Origin: Sedimentisphaera cyanobacteriorum
GTDB lineage: Bacteria; Planctomycetota; Phycisphaerae; Sedimentisphaerales; Sedimentisphaeraceae
Length of the DNA stretch: 32,000 bases
Assembly (NCBI RefSeq): GCF_001997385.1
Contig: NZ_CP019633.1
Location: 870,001 to 902,000, forward strand
Direction of reading: 5' to 3'
Numbering within the stretch: position 1 is the first letter of the stretch; every line of letters begins with the position of its first letter. The translations under genes were made by a program, and so were the position numbers. The notes under the pieces are model-generated. The model did no database searches. It was not told the origin of the DNA and saw only the letters and a program-made list of their open reading frames with translations. This document shows positions 24,394 to 32,000 of the stretch, in pieces.

Positions 24394-25836
24394 TTGAGAT
24401 TTCAGGTATATAAAGAAGGAAAATTAGCAGACACTTTCAGCCTGGACGGGGCCTATGTTTTCGATTCTGAAGGAGCTGCCCTCAGGGTGAGCGAATCTTT
24501 AGACTTTGCCGACAGTGTCATAAGCTTTGATATGCTTACCTACGAAGCTGGAGGTCTTGCTGTGATGTGGGAGGTGGAAGGGCTCGGGAAGATGCAACTC
24601 TGCACCACCAAGCTCCGAAAACGCTCAGAGCCTTACATACTTAACCTTGAACTGGCACGAGCTCGGCTCATGCAGATAACGCTCAAGCGGGAAGACTGGC
24701 AGCTGTTCGACGAAAACGATAACCATACAAATAAAGCGATTGTATCGGCTGAAAAGCTCTTTGTGAGCGCCTTGTCGCACATAAATGAACCGGAAAAGGC
24801 CTCTCTTTATGCGGACAAATGCCTTAAGAAGGCCGTTCTTGCGTCGGAAAATCTAGCTCAAAGGCATGCAGAAACGAATTTGAATACTAAGGCCGGCAGC
24901 GGTAAATTCAATGAAATGTCATTCGGATGCACGCTTCAGCCCAAATTTGCATCAAGCGAGAGCTACCGGCGCAAAATACTCGATCTATTCAATTATGCTG
25001 TTATACCGGTAAGCTGGGGCGAAATTGAAAAGAAAAAAGGCGAATACGACTTTTCTCCAATCGACAACTGCCTCGCGGCATTCGGTTCTCAAAAGATTCG
25101 CCTCTCAGCAGGCCCTTTATTGAAATTTGAAAGGGGCGTATATCCTGAGTGGCTTGGGGGCTATGAATACGACGGTATTAAAGAGCTGGCATATAACTTT
25201 ATAACGAAGATCATAAAAAGGTATGCAGGCAAAATCGACACATGGCAGCTTGTGGGAAGTATGAATTCAAGCAACGATCTTGGCTTCAGCTTTGATGAGT
25301 GCATTGAAATCTGCAGAGCCGCCTGTCTTGCCGCTCGTGCGGCCAACTCAAAAACTGTAAAAATAATATCCCTCGATAAGCCGTGGGGCTGGTACCATTC
25401 AAGAAATGCCTGCACAATACCAACTGTCCAGTTTGCAGAAACACTAGTACAAAATGCTATTACCTTCGATAAAATCGGCATCGAGCTAGACCTTTCAGGG
25501 AAAACCCCCGACGCAGCAACCAAAGACCTTATGCAGATCTCGGCAATGATAGACAGCCTTACTGTATCCAGCAGGCCGATTTGTGTAACATCGATTAAAG
25601 TTCCTTCTAAGCCGATTGAGGGGTCAGGCTACTGGAGAGAGCCATGGTCTGAGAACACTCAGGCGGCATTTCTCAGGGCTCTTTACAAAATACTGCTTGC
25701 AAAAGATCAGATGGCTTCGGTTACCTACGACTCATTCGTAGATATAGAGGAGCCCGTGGGGATTGTTTCTTCAGAAGGTGAACCGAAAAAGGCAATGAAA
25801 ACGCTCAGAAATTTTCGTAAACTCCTTTCAGGCTGA
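24394..25836 (+). CDS. GH10-like (clan GH-A TIM-barrel) protein with an extra N-terminal domain and no signal peptide
   Basis: The TTG start lies 6 nt after an AGGGA RBS. Residues ~175-470 follow the GH10 pattern (FNYAVIP.SWGEIE...GEYDF...D; YAGKIDTWQLV; IGIELDL as the nucleophile block). The WDVVNE acid/base block reads WQLVGSMNS. Confidence 0.5.
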   Translation: MRFQVYKEGKLADTFSLDGAYVFDSEGAALRVSESLDFADSVISFDMLTYEAGGLAVMWEVEGLGKMQLCTTKLRKRSEPYILNLELARARLMQITLKREDWQLFDENDNHTNKAIVSAEKLFVSALSHINEPEKASLYADKCLKKAVLASENLAQRHAETNLNTKAGSGKFNEMSFGCTLQPKFASSESYRRKILDLFNYAVIPVSWGEIEKKKGEYDFSPIDNCLAAFGSQKIRLSAGPLLKFERGVYPEWLGGYEYDGIKELAYNFITKIIKRYAGKIDTWQLVGSMNSSNDLGFSFDECIEICRAACLAARAANSKTVKIISLDKPWGWYHSRNACTIPTVQFAETLVQNAITFDKIGIELDLSGKTPDAATKDLMQISAMIDSLTVSSRPICVTSIKVPSKPIEGSGYWREPWSENTQAAFLRALYKILLAKDQMASVTYDSFVDIEEPVGIVSSEGEPKKAMKTLRNFRKLLSG

Positions 25837-25839
25837 TTT

Positions 25840-26157
25840 ATGAACACCTCACAGGACTTTCATTTGCAGTATCAATGGAATTTTGCATTGCTGGTAATTA
25901 TTGCAGGAGTCCTGTGGTCTATTTCACTTCTTGTTTGGCAAGACGAAAGCAGGATTGAAATTTATTCGAAAGTTCAGCCTCAAACAGCTCCAAAAGCAAG
26001 CTTAGTGAGACTGCCGGGTATTGGAAGCACGTTGGCTGAGAGGATCATCGAATACCGAAAAAACCAAAACCTTGAATCTCTGGAACAGTTAGACAATGTT
26101 TACGGCATAGGGCCGGTTACCATTGAGAAAATCTCTGAATACACCGAATTTGAATAA
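25840..26157 (+). CDS. ComEA-like helix-hairpin-helix DNA-binding protein, membrane-anchored
   Basis: 105 aa. There is one transmembrane helix (WNFALLVIIAGVLWSISLLVW). The HhH repeats are LVRLPGIGSTLAERIIEYR and LDNVYGIGPVTIEKI. Confidence 0.8.
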   Translation: MNTSQDFHLQYQWNFALLVIIAGVLWSISLLVWQDESRIEIYSKVQPQTAPKASLVRLPGIGSTLAERIIEYRKNQNLESLEQLDNVYGIGPVTIEKISEYTEFE

Positions 26158-26651
26158 TGGCAGACTGGAACATCAAAAAACCTGAAGGCATCTGCTCAGT
26201 ATGCGGAAAAGAATTTGAGCCTGATGAAGAATTCTATGCAGGGCTTGCAGAGGGAGAAGAGGGCTTCGAAAGAATAGACACTTGCAGCACCTGCTGGCAA
26301 GACAAGAGGCCTGAAACATTTTACTTCTGGAAAACAAAAATGCCCCGGCCGGAAGATAAAGGTAAGCAGAAATTCTTAAACGATGAAACTATGCTCGAAT
26401 TTCTCGACAAGCTTGAGAAGTCAGAAGAGCAGGGAAAGATCAATTTCCGTTTTGTACTTATGCTCGTGCTTGTAAGAAAGCGAATCCTTCGATATAAAGA
26501 CACCTTCACTAAAGACGGCAAGGACTACTGGAGACTGAAAATCACCGGACAGGACAGAATCGTTGAAGTTTTAGACCCGCATATTGGCGAAGACCAAATC
26601 GAAAGGCTCAGCGAGAATATTGGGGATATTATGCTTTTGGAGGATGAATGA
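26157..26651 (+). CDS. Hypothetical protein with an N-terminal CxxC...CxxC zinc-ribbon-like motif
   Basis: The ATG overlaps the upstream stop (TAATG). The Cys motif is CSVCGKEF...CSTCW. The C-terminal half contains FRFVLMLVLVRKRILRY. I do not recognise the family. Confidence 0.55.
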   Translation: MADWNIKKPEGICSVCGKEFEPDEEFYAGLAEGEEGFERIDTCSTCWQDKRPETFYFWKTKMPRPEDKGKQKFLNDETMLEFLDKLEKSEEQGKINFRFVLMLVLVRKRILRYKDTFTKDGKDYWRLKITGQDRIVEVLDPHIGEDQIERLSENIGDIMLLEDE

Positions 26652-27463
26652 AGGTTTGGATATTACTAACAGCAGGCATAATATTTACAGCCGGCTGCTC
26701 AATGCCCCCCAAAATAGACTTTGGCTCACAGAATGCCGATCCGCCCTCGCCGGTTAGAATCGCAGAAAAGCTCGAGAAGAGAAAAGCTGCTGCTCAATCA
26801 TTCGCCCTACGTGCTGAAGGGAAGTACAAATCCGACAGCCTTTCAGGGGATGTAACTGCAAACCTGTATTTCAATTCTATTCGAAGTATCGCTGTGCAGC
26901 TTAAATCTATTATGGGCACAATGATTATAGCAGGTTCCGGTCAGGATAAAATCTGGTACAAATCATACAAAGGCAAAGACAAAGCATGCTACATATTCCC
27001 CCGCTCTATTGCTGATCAATGCTCTGTTATAGGAGGACTGAGCGGGATTAAGCCTGAAATTATGCTTGGGTTTATCCCGCCGAATACGATCCGTCAGAGC
27101 GATATGGTTTACTCCGAGGGAAGGTGGTACTTTGAAGACAAATCCTCATCAGGAGAATATGCCAAATACAGCTTTAACAGCGAAAGCTTATTGCCGCAGT
27201 CTATTGAAATATACAGGAACGCACGCCTTGCCGTATCAATAGTGCTTCCTTCTTATACGAAACTCAAAAAGGATTTTGAAGTACCTGATGTGATACAAAT
27301 TCAAACCGATCAGGACAACGCATTTATACATCTTAAGACCGATAAGTTGAAATTATTCAATTTTTCCGACCAAATGAAGAAACGATTCTTCTCTCTGCCG
27401 GAAAGTGATAAATACTTCCGCCTGGATGAAAACTGCTCTTTTTCACCTTACACCCCAAATTAA
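26648..27463 (+). CDS. Lipoprotein of unknown function (possibly LolA/LolB-like fold)
   Basis: ATGA overlap with the upstream stop. Signal plus lipobox: MKVWILLTAGIIFTAGC. The size and beta-rich composition fit LolB-like/DUF4292 lipoproteins, but this fold call is weak. Confidence 0.6.
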   Translation: MKVWILLTAGIIFTAGCSMPPKIDFGSQNADPPSPVRIAEKLEKRKAAAQSFALRAEGKYKSDSLSGDVTANLYFNSIRSIAVQLKSIMGTMIIAGSGQDKIWYKSYKGKDKACYIFPRSIADQCSVIGGLSGIKPEIMLGFIPPNTIRQSDMVYSEGRWYFEDKSSSGEYAKYSFNSESLLPQSIEIYRNARLAVSIVLPSYTKLKKDFEVPDVIQIQTDQDNAFIHLKTDKLKLFNFSDQMKKRFFSLPESDKYFRLDENCSFSPYTPN

Positions 27464-27474
27464 AGCTTCTAAAG

Positions 27475-28329
27475 ATGAAACAACACATAATCGAACATTT
27501 GAGGTATTACCATCTGCCCGCAGAGAATACTGAATTTGAATACTTCCCTGCCGCCGGATTCAACATCGCCTCTTACTTATTCCCTTCTCAATCGCCGAAA
27601 GCTGTAATAATAGCCCTCCACGGATATCTGGGGCACTGTGTACAGATGGGCAAACTGATCCCTGAAGCGAATAATGAGGGGTATTCAGTTGCCGCTTTAG
27701 ACTTGCCCGGCCATGGGCTCTCCAGCGGCGAGAAATATTCAATTTCAAGTTTTGATAAGTACAGGGAGGTTTTGGAAGCTTTCGCAGAACAGGTGAAAAT
27801 CCGCTTTCCCGAGATTCCCGTATATGGTCTCGGCTTCAGCCTCGGCGGGGCAATTTTTGTCGATTACCACTTGAAAAACGGCAAAGGTGTATTTGAAAAA
27901 ACCGTTTTAGCCGCCCCGCTGATTAGAAATGCACTTTGGGAAATAACCAAAAAAGCCACCATGGCATTTGATGAAATTACAGACAAAATACCGAGAGTGT
28001 ACAAAAAGGAAACCTCCGACCCTTTCTATATTGAAATGGAACGAAAAGACCCTCTTAGGGCAAATTTCCTGCCGCTTAGATGGGTTAAGGCTCTGCACAG
28101 CTGGGAGGCAGATCTGCGAGAGAAGGGCAAATGCAGTGTACCTGCAAGAGTTCTATACGGCCTAAAAGACACAACTGTTGATACGAAAGAGGGGACGGAG
28201 TATTTCAAGAACTACTGGCCAAATGCTGAAATTATCGAATATCCCGGCGGCAAACACGAACTGATACTCGAAGCCGCCCCGCTGGGGTCGAGAGTGATAC
28301 AAGACATTTTAACAGGACTCAAGCAGTAA
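27475..28329 (+). CDS. Alpha/beta hydrolase (lysophospholipase / monoacylglycerol lipase-like)
   Basis: HGYLGH oxyanion region, GFSLGG nucleophile elbow (GxSxG), LKDTTVD (Asp) and GGKHELILE (His). Confidence 0.85.
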   Translation: MKQHIIEHLRYYHLPAENTEFEYFPAAGFNIASYLFPSQSPKAVIIALHGYLGHCVQMGKLIPEANNEGYSVAALDLPGHGLSSGEKYSISSFDKYREVLEAFAEQVKIRFPEIPVYGLGFSLGGAIFVDYHLKNGKGVFEKTVLAAPLIRNALWEITKKATMAFDEITDKIPRVYKKETSDPFYIEMERKDPLRANFLPLRWVKALHSWEADLREKGKCSVPARVLYGLKDTTVDTKEGTEYFKNYWPNAEIIEYPGGKHELILEAAPLGSRVIQDILTGLKQ

Positions 28330-28380
28330 GGTTTATCTTTTAAACACAGCTTCAATAAATGCCTGCATCAGCAATCAGCT

Positions 28381-28409
28381 TTGACAAAAAGCTTGCAGCT
28401 TGCTATAAT
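28381..28409 (+). promoter_or_regulatory. Perfect consensus sigma70 promoter
   Basis: TTGACA (28381-28386), exactly 17 nt, then TATAAT (28404-28409). A GAGGAG RBS at 28431-28436 and the ATG at 28443 follow. Confidence 0.7.
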
Positions 28410-28442
28410 TTTTAATAGTTTTATTTCAACGAGGAGAAAATA

Positions 28443-29183
28443 ATGGGCAAGCTGATAATTCTTTCAGGTCCATCATGCGTTGGCAAAGGCCCTTTATTTA
28501 AAAGTCTATGCAAGTTTTACCCTACTCTGGCCGGCAGCCTGAAAAAGTGCGTACTGTATAACAGTCGAAGCCCCCGCCCGGGAGAAACCGACGGCGAGGA
28601 ATACCATTTCCGCAAAAGAAAAACAATCGAAGCTTTAAGAGAGAATAATGATTATTTGGTTCTTGAAGTGCGTTGTGATTTGCAGGCGATGGATATCAGG
28701 GAGCTTACGAAAATGCTTCAGCGCGGAAACGTTTTTTTTGAGGGGAATCCGTTTGTGGTTTCCAAGCTGCTTAAGGCGGGAATAAAAGACAACATAAAAA
28801 CACTGAAAATATTCCTCTCCCCGCTGTCAATTGGAGAAATTCAGGAGCTTCAAGAGATTGGCGTTTGTATCGAGAGTTTTATCACTGACATTATGAGACG
28901 CAAACTCCTTCGCCGCACAAATAAACATAAAGGGATTTTAAGCCAGAAAGACCTTGAAAACATTGAAATCAGAGCTTCCAGCGCATTTATAGAAATGCAA
29001 ACTGCCTGCTTATTCGATGCTGTTATACCAAATCACGACGGCGAAGACAGCGAAAACTGGGACGCCTTCTATTACCCCATTGCCGATTCTAGAAAAACTC
29101 TTAAAACCTTCGTCCAGCTTTTACGAACCGGTCGCTGCGAAGAGGCTGAATATTGGCCTGAAAACCTGCTGAAAAAAACTTAA
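28443..29183 (+). CDS. Guanylate kinase family protein (atypical, extended)
   Basis: P-loop LSGPSCVGKG. SRSPRPGETDGEEYHF matches the Gmk T(T/S)RxPRxGExxGxxYxF block. The usual GNYYGT GMP-binding segment is not evident. The protein is ~40 aa longer than a typical Gmk. Confidence 0.6.
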   Translation: MGKLIILSGPSCVGKGPLFKSLCKFYPTLAGSLKKCVLYNSRSPRPGETDGEEYHFRKRKTIEALRENNDYLVLEVRCDLQAMDIRELTKMLQRGNVFFEGNPFVVSKLLKAGIKDNIKTLKIFLSPLSIGEIQELQEIGVCIESFITDIMRRKLLRRTNKHKGILSQKDLENIEIRASSAFIEMQTACLFDAVIPNHDGEDSENWDAFYYPIADSRKTLKTFVQLLRTGRCEEAEYWPENLLKKT

Positions 29184-29197
29184 TAAACTGAAACATA

Positions 29198-30184
29198 ATG
29201 GAACTTAATCAAGACACAGCAACACAAAAGCTCGCATGCGAGAACATCAAAAAGCAGCTTAAAACTCTTACCAAGCGGCTCGAAGGAGCCAAATTTGCAA
29301 GAGAAATTGAGGATGTTCATAAAGTTCGAGTGGCCTCGAGGCGTTTAAGGGCGATCCTGAGGCTTTTTGGGGATGTTTACGGACAAGACAAAGCAGACAG
29401 CTGGCAGAAACAGCTCAAAAAGCTTCTCAAGGGGATGTCTGAAGCCAGAGACCTGGATGCTGAGATTATGTTCATTGAAGGGGTGCTCTCTGAAATCGAC
29501 TACAACTCAAGAAGACAGATTCCCGGAATTAGAAGGGCTCTACTGAGAAAACAGCAGGCAAGACAAAAGATGCAGCCAAAAGTCGCCAAAGCGATTAAGC
29601 GTTTCGAGGAAAAGAATATTCTTATTGATATGCATCTGGAAACTGAACGTATTCTCTTTCCAATCAGAAACAGGGAGACAGCCAAGATTAGCGAACCGCT
29701 GCTTGAAAGGCTTAGAGAAAGAATAGAACCTCATAAAAACGACGTACTAAAAAAACTAAGCCTTCTGAAAGACATTCAAAACAGTGAGGGGCATCACAAG
29801 CTTAGAATTGCCGTTAAGAAAACCCGCTACTGCCTTGAAGCAGCTGATAAGGCCTTTGAAGGCTCGCTCAGCAATACAATATCGAAAGTGAAAAAATTTC
29901 AAACTTTGCTTGGCGATATGCACGACCGCGACGTTTGGAAGGCAGGCCTTGAAAACCTAATCAATGATGAAAAAGAAAGAACGATAGAATATTTCGGCAG
30001 CGCAAAGCCTTTCCCGCGTCTTCTTGCCGGAATGCAAACGCTCAAGGATAAGATAGAATCCCAGAGACTTCAGCTATACCAGCAGGCCTCTGAATATGCC
30101 GCTGTTGAGGTAAACGAACATTTTTGGAATAATATAGACGAACCCTTCAAAAATTCAGCGGCAGAATCAACTCCCGAAACTTAA
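29198..30184 (+). CDS. CHAD domain-containing protein
   Basis: VHKVRVASRRLRAILRLF, HHKLRIAVKKTRYCLE and QTLLGDMHDRDVW match the conserved His/Arg helices of CHAD. The gene starts 14 nt downstream of the kinase-like gene. Confidence 0.8.
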   Translation: MELNQDTATQKLACENIKKQLKTLTKRLEGAKFAREIEDVHKVRVASRRLRAILRLFGDVYGQDKADSWQKQLKKLLKGMSEARDLDAEIMFIEGVLSEIDYNSRRQIPGIRRALLRKQQARQKMQPKVAKAIKRFEEKNILIDMHLETERILFPIRNRETAKISEPLLERLRERIEPHKNDVLKKLSLLKDIQNSEGHHKLRIAVKKTRYCLEAADKAFEGSLSNTISKVKKFQTLLGDMHDRDVWKAGLENLINDEKERTIEYFGSAKPFPRLLAGMQTLKDKIESQRLQLYQQASEYAAVEVNEHFWNNIDEPFKNSAAESTPET

Positions 30185-30195
30185 AAGTGTCAAAC

Positions 30196-31206
30196 TTATA
30201 AACGCGTATTTTTATTGAGTATGCGTTTTCTCTGTCTGCTGAAAAAAGGAACAGTAACTCTGATTCCAAGCTTGTGCGTAAAAACATCTTCCCAATGAGA
30301 GGCATAATCATAGCCTGTCCCTGCCTGATCGCATTTTTCCTGAATAAAATTAATAAGTTTTTCACGATGAGCGTTCATTTTCTCTATAGTCTTCTCCCGA
30401 ATATGATGGGGGCTGAGATCTCGGCGGACAATTTCCTGAACCCCTTGAGCCACAGCATCTTCATCATCTTCCACATTCACCACATACTCATCACTGAACA
30501 GTTCATCTCTTCCTCCAATATTGGCTGTATTAACAATCCCCAGCCCGCACAGCAGATACTCAGCACTAACAAACATCGCACCTTCTTCTTTTGAAAGGCA
30601 AAGCCCGCAGCGTGCCTCGTTCATAACCTTGTATATTTTGCTGGACGGGACAGACTCTTTGTACTCGGCCTGCGGAAGCATTGCACGTATTTTGCTGTAA
30701 TGCTCAATTTCTCTCTCCGAATATCCGCCCACAATCTTGAGGCTGTCAATTTTTCGCGCAAGTTCATGCCTTTTGAAGGGAGTTATCCTTGCTACGTATA
30801 TCGCATCAAAGCTCTTTTTAATATCAGGAACAACTTTATATTTGCTTGTATCTATAAAGGCATTCTGATGGCAGAAGAAGCTTTTAAGCCCGGCATTCTG
30901 AATCTTCCTGTTCTCATCGGCGCTGTTTGCCATACACACATATTCAACAGCATCATTTTCAGCCTGAAAGCTCCGGATATCCTTCACCAAATCATCTATG
31001 CGCTGCTGAGTCTGCCTGTGCCAGCCGAGCATAAAAAGCACATAAGACATCCTGTCCTTTGGAAGCGTTTTTATTATTTGGTCTTTCGCCTTAAAGAAAT
31101 CATATTCATAGCAGACTATTATCGGAGGAGAATAGTTGAGTATATAGCAGCGAAGATTTCCTCTGCTAATAATTGATTTAGCTAAATCTTTGAAGTAATC
31201 TATCAT
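30196..31206 (-). CDS. Putative GT-B glycosyltransferase (GT4-like C-terminal half)
   Basis: An E-x7-E motif is present (EEGAMFVSAE), followed by GLGIVNT..GGRDELF. FDAIYVARITPFKRHEL resembles the start of the donor-binding domain. The N-terminal half is not recognisable. Confidence 0.5.
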   Translation of the reverse strand: MIDYFKDLAKSIISRGNLRCYILNYSPPIIVCYEYDFFKAKDQIIKTLPKDRMSYVLFMLGWHRQTQQRIDDLVKDIRSFQAENDAVEYVCMANSADENRKIQNAGLKSFFCHQNAFIDTSKYKVVPDIKKSFDAIYVARITPFKRHELARKIDSLKIVGGYSEREIEHYSKIRAMLPQAEYKESVPSSKIYKVMNEARCGLCLSKEEGAMFVSAEYLLCGLGIVNTANIGGRDELFSDEYVVNVEDDEDAVAQGVQEIVRRDLSPHHIREKTIEKMNAHREKLINFIQEKCDQAGTGYDYASHWEDVFTHKLGIRVTVPFFSRQRKRILNKNTRL

Positions 31207-31267
31207 ACTTAAACCTTAAAGTTATTTCTTCTAACTTGCAAAACTGGCCAAAGACACTTATAAAGAT

Positions 31268-32000
31268 TCAGGAATCACTCAAGAATCCACCCTGCCTGCT
31301 TCTTATCCTAAACACAGCTGCAAGCATTTTCAAGGCATCTTTTACCGGGCTGATTTTCGACCCCTCCACTTCGTGCCAGTTTACCGGCACCTCAACAATC
31401 GAATGCCCCATGAGCTGTGCAAGATACAAAAGCTCAACATCAAAAGCCCAGCCGTTTTCAAGAGATCGCGTGAATATCTTATGGATTATATCCCTTCTGT
31501 ACATTTTGAAACCGCACTGCGTGTCTTTAATCCCGGGGACTGCAAGGAAATTCACCATCTTGTAAAAGGCAGCCCCCATAACAGACCTCAGTCCTTCCCT
31601 CTCCTGCTGAACATCTCCTGCAGAGATATTACGTGAGCCGATCACGATTTTATCGCTTTTTTCAATAAAAGGAATAAATTTATCCAGCTCACTTATGGGC
31701 GTTGCACCGTCTGCATCTGCGTAAAGTCCATATCGCCCGTTTGCTTCAAGCATTCCTCTTCTAACGGCTGCTCCCTTGCCCTGATTTCTCACTTGACGCA
31801 GAAGCCTTACATTCGGATTTTTACATTCAAATTCCTGCACCACTTTAACAGTATTATCGCTCGAGCCGTCGTCAACTATTAAAACCTCAATTGACAGCCG
31901 GCTTTGATTTGCTTTGATATAATTCAACACATCCTTCATAAAAGACGGGAGCCTTTGCTCCTCATTGTAGGCCGGTATTACAATGCTTACATCAGGTGCC
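31268..32000 (-). CDS. GT2 polyprenyl/dolichyl-phosphate glycosyltransferase (ALG5/DPM1-like); 5' end lies outside the window
   Basis: The track ORF starts at the Met at 31939, but the frame stays open upstream to the window end: ...APDVSIVIPAYNEEQRLPSF-MKDV.... Motifs: IVDDGSSDNT, DADGATP and QCGFK. Confidence 0.85.
   Translation of the reverse strand, partial: APDVSIVIPAYNEEQRLPSFMKDVLNYIKANQSRLSIEVLIVDDGSSDNTVKVVQEFECKNPNVRLLRQVRNQGKGAAVRRGMLEANGRYGLYADADGATPISELDKFIPFIEKSDKIVIGSRNISAGDVQQEREGLRSVMGAAFYKMVNFLAVPGIKDTQCGFKMYRRDIIHKIFTRSLENGWAFDVELLYLAQLMGHSIVEVPVNWHEVEGSKISPVKDALKMLAAVFRIRSRQGGFLSDS

Noticed and set aside
1-32000. CRISPR arrays, insertion sequences, prophage or integron remnants, and tRNA/rRNA genes
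   Set aside because: I saw no regularly spaced direct repeats, no transposase, integrase or recombinase-like ORFs, and no terminal inverted repeats flanking gene blocks. The intergenic regions are short (<=430 bp) and AT-rich, with no cloverleaf-like structure. A tRNAscan or Infernal run would be needed to exclude small RNAs formally.

Overview
The window holds about 30 tightly packed protein-coding genes. I found no rRNA, tRNA, CRISPR array, transposase or integrase. Several families point to a PVC-superphylum genome (Planctomycetota, Phycisphaerae-like): a DUF1559 prepilin-type protein, a PEP-CTERM anchor, Cys-containing dockerin-like repeats, a Rhodopirellula/Verrucomicrobium-type ECF sigma factor and a GLUG-repeat protein. 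This placement is inferred from family content only.

Gene order:
- Two secreted glycan-degrading proteins on the minus strand (partial GH76-like, and glutaminase-A/DUF4965-like).
- A translationally coupled folE / bimodular PTPS / extended-SDR / aspartase-like operon.
- A TrpR/YerC-like regulator, transcribed divergently from a four-gene secreted cassette (PEP-CTERM protein, DUF1559 pseudopilin, paralogous dockerin-like protein, His-rich lipoprotein).
- A REC-PAS response regulator.
- A glmM / GlmU-like / TPR-lipoprotein operon.
- A GH5-like enzyme.
- pfk, transcribed divergently from pta and ackA.
- A GLUG-repeat protein with an RNase HII-like protein.
- An ECF sigma factor with a very short anti-sigma-like ORF.
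- A five-gene operon (GH10-like, ComEA-like, Zn-ribbon protein, lipoprotein, alpha/beta hydrolase).
- A guanylate-kinase-like / CHAD pair behind a perfect consensus promoter.
- Two glycosyltransferases.

I found no recognisable complete novel system such as a defence island. The most unusual items are:
- An in-frame TGA at a conserved Trp codon, which cuts the PEP-CTERM gene off from its signal peptide.
- The repeat-rich divergent control region upstream of that gene, and the four-gene cassette it heads.
- The folE / bimodular PTPS / SDR operon.
- A GlmU-like protein whose nucleotidyltransferase signature is degenerate.
- A GH10-like protein that lacks the acid/base Glu.

All family calls rest on motif recognition by eye. 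No database search was run.
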